Positions 27,121 to 32,000 of a DNA stretch of 32,000 nt are shown piece after piece. Under the pieces are notes generated by a model. It saw only the letters and a list, made by a program, of their open reading frames with translations, searched no databases and had not been told where the DNA came from. The position numbers were made by a program, and so were the translations under genes. The stretch is from Nitrospirota bacterium. Its GTDB lineage: Bacteria; Nitrospirota; Thermodesulfovibrionia; Thermodesulfovibrionales; Dissulfurispiraceae. Position 1 is the stretch's first letter. Each line of letters begins with the position of its first letter. The stretch is from assembly GCA_023476565.1 (NCBI GenBank), contig JAMCVZ010000046.1:1-32000 (forward strand), written 5' to 3'.

Positions 27121-28517
27121 AGATACTTTTTCCGAATACATCTTCTCTTGCTCACATGGAGGGCATTGAATTCAGGCAGGGGGAAGTGAAAAAACATGAA
27201 AGTCCTGTAATTGTCCCTGAATATCCCTGGGAGGAAATACACACATACCTTTATGGCTCGGTTATGAAAAAAGGACCACTCTACAGAATGTGGTATCAGT
27301 CCTATGTTGATGGATATGGATTTTTTGTCAATTATGCACGCTCAAAAGACGGCATAGAGTGGCACAAGCCCCTTATGAAAAAATTCTGCTTTGAAAAGCC
27401 TGATGTATATCCAACCGTAGCTGTAAATGGTGAAATAAAGGATTTTTATCTGAAAAAAACCAAACCTGAAAGCTGTAAAACAAATATCGTATCGACATAC
27501 CACATACCGAGCGTTATATATGATTCCGGTGACAAGGATTTTCCTTATAAACTGTTTGGGTATACTGACGGGGGATACTGCGTTGCATTTTCAAGAGACG
27601 GAATTAACTTTAAGGAATATGATAAAAATCCTGTGCTCCCTGTCCTGAAATTTCCCAACAGCCATACAAAAAAGACATGGTTCAGCGATGTTTCACCTGC
27701 TTTTAAAGATACGGTAAAGAACAAATTCGTAGCTTTTGTAAAAACTTACATGATCGATGAGAATAAAAGGACAAGGAGGTGCGTGGGGTTTTCCGAGAGC
27801 GAGGACTTTGTTCACTGGAGCAAACCCGGGACTTTATGGGTTCCCGGTGAGAGCGAGGATAGGTTGGCTGCCGCCCGGGGATTTAAATGGGCTGATTTTT
27901 ACGGCCTTTGCGGATTTAATTACGGCAAGAGCTATCTCGGATTCCTGTGGCTTTTTTATATAGATTACGAGGTGGAAAAAGGCACTCATGACGGAAAGGT
28001 GGAAGTGTATTTAGTGCGTAGCGACGACGGCAAACAATGGAAAAGGATTTCTGATGAACCCTTCATCCCATTGAGCCGGAACGGATGGGATACTGATATG
28101 ATCTATACCGCGAGCGCCCCGGTTTTTTTAAAGGACGGAACTATTATTTATTACGGGGGCTCAAATTTTAGTCATGGAGTAGGGCACGAAGGAGTCCCCT
28201 ATGATCTGGAAAGACACGGGTTTTGCATAGGTGTTGCGAATTTGAGAAAGGATGGATTTGTCTGTGCCTATTCCTCAAGCGGGGGCTGCTTTGTTACAGA
28301 ACCCTATAGAATGAACAAGGGATTAATTACCCTTAATGCAGATGCAGAAGACAGTTCAATTTCTATTGAGATTATGAAAGGTAGAGAGAGTTTAAAGACT
28401 TTTAAAATTGCAGGTGTTGATTCTGTAAGCTATAGAATCAAGAGCGGTTTTAAAGGTGATATTGCACTTAAAGTTCGCCTCAACGGCGCAAAACTTTATT
28501 CGCTGGAGGTTTTATGA
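27117..28517 (+). CDS. Cytoplasmic beta-propeller-like hypothetical protein (GH43/GH32/GH130- or BNR-like repeats)
   Basis: Four spaced repeats of the type S-x-D-G-x-x-W/F: 'ARSKDGIEWHKP', 'AFSRDGINFKEY', 'SESEDFVHWSKP', 'VRSDDGKQWKRI', plus 'LYRMWYQSY'. I see no signal peptide. The ATG overlaps the AKR stop (ATGA); the track offers GTG 27108. Confidence 0.6.
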   Translation: MKILFPNTSSLAHMEGIEFRQGEVKKHESPVIVPEYPWEEIHTYLYGSVMKKGPLYRMWYQSYVDGYGFFVNYARSKDGIEWHKPLMKKFCFEKPDVYPTVAVNGEIKDFYLKKTKPESCKTNIVSTYHIPSVIYDSGDKDFPYKLFGYTDGGYCVAFSRDGINFKEYDKNPVLPVLKFPNSHTKKTWFSDVSPAFKDTVKNKFVAFVKTYMIDENKRTRRCVGFSESEDFVHWSKPGTLWVPGESEDRLAAARGFKWADFYGLCGFNYGKSYLGFLWLFYIDYEVEKGTHDGKVEVYLVRSDDGKQWKRISDEPFIPLSRNGWDTDMIYTASAPVFLKDGTIIYYGGSNFSHGVGHEGVPYDLERHGFCIGVANLRKDGFVCAYSSSGGCFVTEPYRMNKGLITLNADAEDSSISIEIMKGRESLKTFKIAGVDSVSYRIKSGFKGDIALKVRLNGAKLYSLEVL

Positions 28518-30553
28518 GGACCGGGATTGTAGTTCAGGCGAGAAGCAGTTCAACGCGATACCCAAAGAAGATGCTCCATGACTTTCTCGGAAAAACCGCC
28601 ATCGAATGGGTTTTTGAAAGATGCGGAAAGGTGGATGCTGATTATAAAATCCTGGCCACGTCGGATGATAAGGACGACGATGCGCTCGTTGAAATTGCCA
28701 GGAAAAAGGACTGGAATGTGATCAGGGGCAGTGTTGACGACGTGCTGGGACGGTTTGCAAAGGCGGTAAGGGATTTCGACCTGGATATAATCATCAGAAT
28801 AACGGGAGATTGCACCTTGACCGATTACCGGCTGGTGAATTTTGCGCTTTCCAGGTTTCATGAGCTTGAGCCGGATTACCTTACCCTCACCAATATTATC
28901 GACGGCTTTGATGTCGAAGTAATACGGAGCAGGGCCATACTCGAAGCGGACAGGTCTGCAAAGATCCCCTCTGAAAGGGAGCATGTAGGTCCTTATATAA
29001 GGAAATCGAAGGCCCTGAAGAAGGTATATGTGCCTTACGGTGAAGATATGTCCGGTATACATCTCAGCCTTGACTACAGGGAGGATGCAGATGTCATCGA
29101 AACAATATTGAAAAACTTTGAGGACATGTATTTTACCTACGAAGACGTTGCCGGATTGATCAAGAAAGACCCGCGGCTCTTGGAAAAGATAAAACATATT
29201 ACGGTGAATGAAGGCTACCGGAAATCGCTGGATGCAGACAGGGAGTTTATAAAGGGATTGAAGGGGAAGCCGCTGCAGTTTTCCAATAATATGGCGCTTT
29301 TTGAAAAGGTGCTGAAACTCATTCCCAACGGTTCCCAGACCTTCAGCAAGTCATACCTCCAGTTCAGCGCCGGGGCCGCACCTCTTTTTATAAAAGAGGG
29401 TGAGGGCTGCTGCCTCACCGATATGGACGACAACACCTTCGTCGATTTCACCATGGGGCTCGGCGCATGTATTCTCGGTTACGCCTTTGGGCCTGTCCTT
29501 CGGGACATGGAAAGACAGATGAAAAAAGGGAGTGCCTTTACCCTGCCCCACTATCTGGAATACGAGCTTGCCGAACTCCTTGCGCAGGTGATACCGTGCG
29601 CTGAAATGGTGCGTTTCGGGAAGAACGGCTCTGACGTTACCTCTGCTGCAGTGAGGCTGGCAAGGGCATATACTGGAAGGGATTATGTGGCGTGCTGCGG
29701 CTACCACGGATGGCAGGACTGGTATATAGCCACAACGACCCGCAGCAAAGGAATTCCTGATGAGGTGAAGAAACTCACCCTGACCTTTCAATACAACCGG
29801 ATCGACTCCTTAAAGAAACTGTTTGCCGAGTACAATAATAAAATTGCCTGCGTGATTATGGAACCGGTGAGTCTCGATGCTCCTGAAAACGGCTTTCTCG
29901 AACAGGTAAAAGAGATTGCCCATAAAAATGGAGCTTTGCTCGTGTTCGATGAAGTGGTTACAGGCTTCAGGTTTTCCATAGGAGGGGCACAGGAGTTTTT
30001 CGGTATTACGCCGGATATCGCCTGTGTCGGAAAGGCAATGGGGAACGGAATGCCCATATCCGCCATAGTTGGAAAGAAGGAGGTTATGGAATTTTTTGAT
30101 GAAATATTCTTTTCCTTTACTTTCGGCGGAGAAACGATTTCTATAGCCTCGGCTATTTCGACTATCAGATATATGAAAGAACATAAAGTTATCGAATATA
30201 TTCGGTCACAGGGGAAAAAGCTTAAAGAAGGGGTGGAAAAGCTTATAAAAGAAAAAGGACTTGAAGACATTTTATCTATAGATGGGTACCCTATAAGAAC
30301 AGTTGTGAGCTTTAAAGGGGAAGAAAAAGAGAGCCTTAAGCTGAAAACCCTTTTTCAGCAGGAATGCGTGAAACGGGGCATATTGTTCACCGGCGGGCAT
30401 AATGTATCACTGCCTCATAGCGACGAAATTATCGATAAGACCATATCCGTATATGCTGAGGTAATGGATATTTTAAAATACAGTATTGATTATGATATGG
30501 TTTATGGATTAATAGAGGGTAAATTACTTGAACCGGTATTTAGAAAAGTATAA
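28514..30553 (+). CDS. Fusion protein: N-terminal SpsF-like cytidylyltransferase domain plus C-terminal class-III (glutamate-1-semialdehyde aminomutase-like) PLP aminotransferase
   Basis: The N-terminal 'IVVQARSSSTRYPKKMLHDFLGKTAIEWV...IIRITGDCTL' is of the SpsF/CTP_transf_3 type. From about residue 255, 'LFEKVLKLIPNGSQTFSKS', 'GSDVTSAAVRLARAYTGR', 'LVFDEVVTGFR' and 'VGKAMGNGMPISAIVGKKEVME' (PLP lysine) are class-III aminotransferase motifs. It has an ATGA overlap with the upstream gene. Confidence 0.8.
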   Translation: MRTGIVVQARSSSTRYPKKMLHDFLGKTAIEWVFERCGKVDADYKILATSDDKDDDALVEIARKKDWNVIRGSVDDVLGRFAKAVRDFDLDIIIRITGDCTLTDYRLVNFALSRFHELEPDYLTLTNIIDGFDVEVIRSRAILEADRSAKIPSEREHVGPYIRKSKALKKVYVPYGEDMSGIHLSLDYREDADVIETILKNFEDMYFTYEDVAGLIKKDPRLLEKIKHITVNEGYRKSLDADREFIKGLKGKPLQFSNNMALFEKVLKLIPNGSQTFSKSYLQFSAGAAPLFIKEGEGCCLTDMDDNTFVDFTMGLGACILGYAFGPVLRDMERQMKKGSAFTLPHYLEYELAELLAQVIPCAEMVRFGKNGSDVTSAAVRLARAYTGRDYVACCGYHGWQDWYIATTTRSKGIPDEVKKLTLTFQYNRIDSLKKLFAEYNNKIACVIMEPVSLDAPENGFLEQVKEIAHKNGALLVFDEVVTGFRFSIGGAQEFFGITPDIACVGKAMGNGMPISAIVGKKEVMEFFDEIFFSFTFGGETISIASAISTIRYMKEHKVIEYIRSQGKKLKEGVEKLIKEKGLEDILSIDGYPIRTVVSFKGEEKESLKLKTLFQQECVKRGILFTGGHNVSLPHSDEIIDKTISVYAEVMDILKYSIDYDMVYGLIEGKLLEPVFRKV

Positions 30554-30596
30554 TTAGAAAGACAATTAATGCTGCTTATTTTAAAGGGGATTATCG

Positions 30597-31469
30597 ATGA
30601 AGGTATCCAATTTTCCTGTGCTTCCTGAAGACTACAACTATATTGCTGCGTTTTTGACATTCAGGTGCCAGTTGAAATGTCCCTATTGTATTAATAGGAT
30701 TAATGAATTGAAAAAATGCGCAGAAATCGATGGGAAAATATGGGTAAAAATAATTAACAGAATTGATACGCGGGATATTCCGATAACCATTGGAGGAGGC
30801 GAACCGACACTCCACAAAGACTTTTACTACATCGTTAATAATCTCAGGGAAGATATTCATATTGACCTCCTTACAAATTTACAGTTTGATATTAATGCCT
30901 TTATGCAGCATATACATCCGGAGCGATTAAGGCGTAATTCACCGTATGCATCGATACGGGTAAGCTACCATCCGATTACGGTGAATTATGATGAATTGAA
31001 AGTGAAGACAATGAGAATGCTTGATAAAGGATATTATATAGGCATATGGGCGGTTAATCATCCGACATATGAGGCGCAGATACAGGAGGTAAAGGAAGAT
31101 GCCGTTAAATCGGGGATTGATTTTAGGGTAAAGCCGTTCCTCGGATTTCATAATGACAGACTCTATGGAGAGTATGTATATTCGGATGCAATCTGTAAGT
31201 TACATGAGAAGGAGGAATTAGAACAGAAAGAGGTGCTTTGCAGAACCACTGAACTTTTGATGGCGCCTGATGGGACAGTATATAATTGCCATCACGATCT
31301 GTATACCGGCTGCAACCCCATCGGCAATATTGCAAACGATGACTTGTATACTATTGGAGAATATAGAAGGTGTACGAAATATGGCTACTGTAATCCTTGC
31401 GATATTAAAATAAAGTTCAATCGATTTCAGGAGTGGGGACATTGTTCGGTTGATATTAAGGTTGTATGA
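30597..31469 (+). CDS. Compact radical-SAM enzyme with a SPASM/twitch-like auxiliary Cys-rich C-terminal domain
   Basis: 'FRCQLKCPYC' is the CX3CX2C motif and 'ITIGGGEPTL' is the SAM-binding GGE motif. At the C-terminus, 'CRTTELLMAPDGTVYNC' fits CX10GX4C and 'CTKYGYCNPC' fits CX5CX2C. Confidence 0.8.
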   Translation: MKVSNFPVLPEDYNYIAAFLTFRCQLKCPYCINRINELKKCAEIDGKIWVKIINRIDTRDIPITIGGGEPTLHKDFYYIVNNLREDIHIDLLTNLQFDINAFMQHIHPERLRRNSPYASIRVSYHPITVNYDELKVKTMRMLDKGYYIGIWAVNHPTYEAQIQEVKEDAVKSGIDFRVKPFLGFHNDRLYGEYVYSDAICKLHEKEELEQKEVLCRTTELLMAPDGTVYNCHHDLYTGCNPIGNIANDDLYTIGEYRRCTKYGYCNPCDIKIKFNRFQEWGHCSVDIKVV

Positions 31470-32000
31470 AGACGAAAGTGCTTATTATAAAACTTGGCTA
31501 TTCGGAAACGTTTGACAAGGAGATTTCCAGGGCCAGCAGTCTGGGGGATGTCCTGAGGTCGACGGTGATACTGCATTTGTTCAAAAACGATGATGTTGCA
31601 TGGCTCACGGATGAAAAAGCAGTTCCTCTGCTTTATAACAATCCTTATATCAGCAGAATACTCACCTATGACTTTACCACCGCCTTCCAGGTGCAGAGTG
31701 AAATGTTCGATGTCGTGATTAATCTGGAAAAAGTTGCCGGCATATGTGCGATGTCAGATAATATCAAAGCCTGGAAACGTTTCGGTTTCAGATTTAATCC
31801 CCTTACCGGTACGGCCGATCACTATATGTTTGCGGAAAAGGCGATGGAGATTGTCACTAATGATAGGAGAAAGCAAACCCTTGTCAGAACATGGCAGGCC
31901 AGCCTTTATGACCTTTTTGGTGCGAGGTGGAAAGGCGAGGAATATATTCTTGGCTATCAGCCTTCCACTGAAGAGCAGTACGATATTGGCTTTAATTGTC
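31466..32000 (+). CDS. Glycosyltransferase family 9 (heptosyltransferase-like), 5' partial; runs off the window
   Basis: Hand-translated: MKTKVLIIKLGYSETFDKEISRASSLGDVLRSTVILHLFKNDDVAWLTDEKAVPLLYNNPYISRILTY...DVVINLEK. The pattern 'vLIIKLg..GDvLrsT..l..lk......WLt......Ll..nP.I..i' is typical of GT9 N-termini. It has an ATGA overlap with the radical-SAM gene. The frame is open to position 32000. Confidence 0.6.
   Translation, partial: MKTKVLIIKLGYSETFDKEISRASSLGDVLRSTVILHLFKNDDVAWLTDEKAVPLLYNNPYISRILTYDFTTAFQVQSEMFDVVINLEKVAGICAMSDNIKAWKRFGFRFNPLTGTADHYMFAEKAMEIVTNDRRKQTLVRTWQASLYDLFGARWKGEEYILGYQPSTEEQYDIGFNC

Noticed and set aside
28550-29197. 215-aa minus-strand ORF inside the fusion gene
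   Set aside because: It lies antisense to a well-supported cytidylyltransferase domain, and its translation has no recognisable motifs.

Overview
This window reads as chromosomal DNA from a diderm (Gram-negative-type) bacterium. It is almost entirely coding, and many adjacent genes share 4-nt ATGA/GTGA stop-start overlaps, which points to operons. I did not compute GC content or run any search. All family calls come from reading motifs in the supplied translations and from remembered reference sequences.

The window falls into four blocks.

(1) 0.3-11.6 kb holds housekeeping and envelope genes: a CinA/PncC-like amidohydrolase, two secreted proteins, NAD-dependent DNA ligase LigA, and the TamA/TamB outer-membrane translocation and assembly module. 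One secreted protein is an HExxH metalloprotease that ends in a poly-Gly linker followed by a '[10 protein letters not shown]' C-terminal domain. The block is bracketed by two inverted copies of an ~82-nt REPIN/MITE-like palindromic element.

(2) 11.8-13.2 kb holds a type-1 IPP-isomerase-like Nudix protein whose catalytic Cys position reads Ala, and a convergent MlaA/VacJ homologue.

(3) 13.6-22.5 kb is a hopanoid cluster: an hpnJ relic, hpnK, a small EamA-type membrane protein, shc, hpnA, a DUF116-like membrane protein, hpnH, hpnG on the minus strand, and hpnI. The hpnJ radical-SAM gene is collapsed to a 100-codon open remnant that still overlaps the hpnK start.

(4) 22.8-32.0 kb is a visibly more AT-rich sugar-modification locus. 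It opens with pseB/pseC and continues with a non-canonical enzyme set: an alpha/beta hydrolase, an aldo-keto reductase, a cytoplasmic beta-propeller protein, a fused SpsF-like cytidylyltransferase/class-III aminotransferase, a compact radical-SAM enzyme with an auxiliary Cys-rich domain, and a partial GT9 glycosyltransferase. This is my best candidate for an undescribed pathway.

I saw no rRNA, tRNA, CRISPR array, transposase or integrase.
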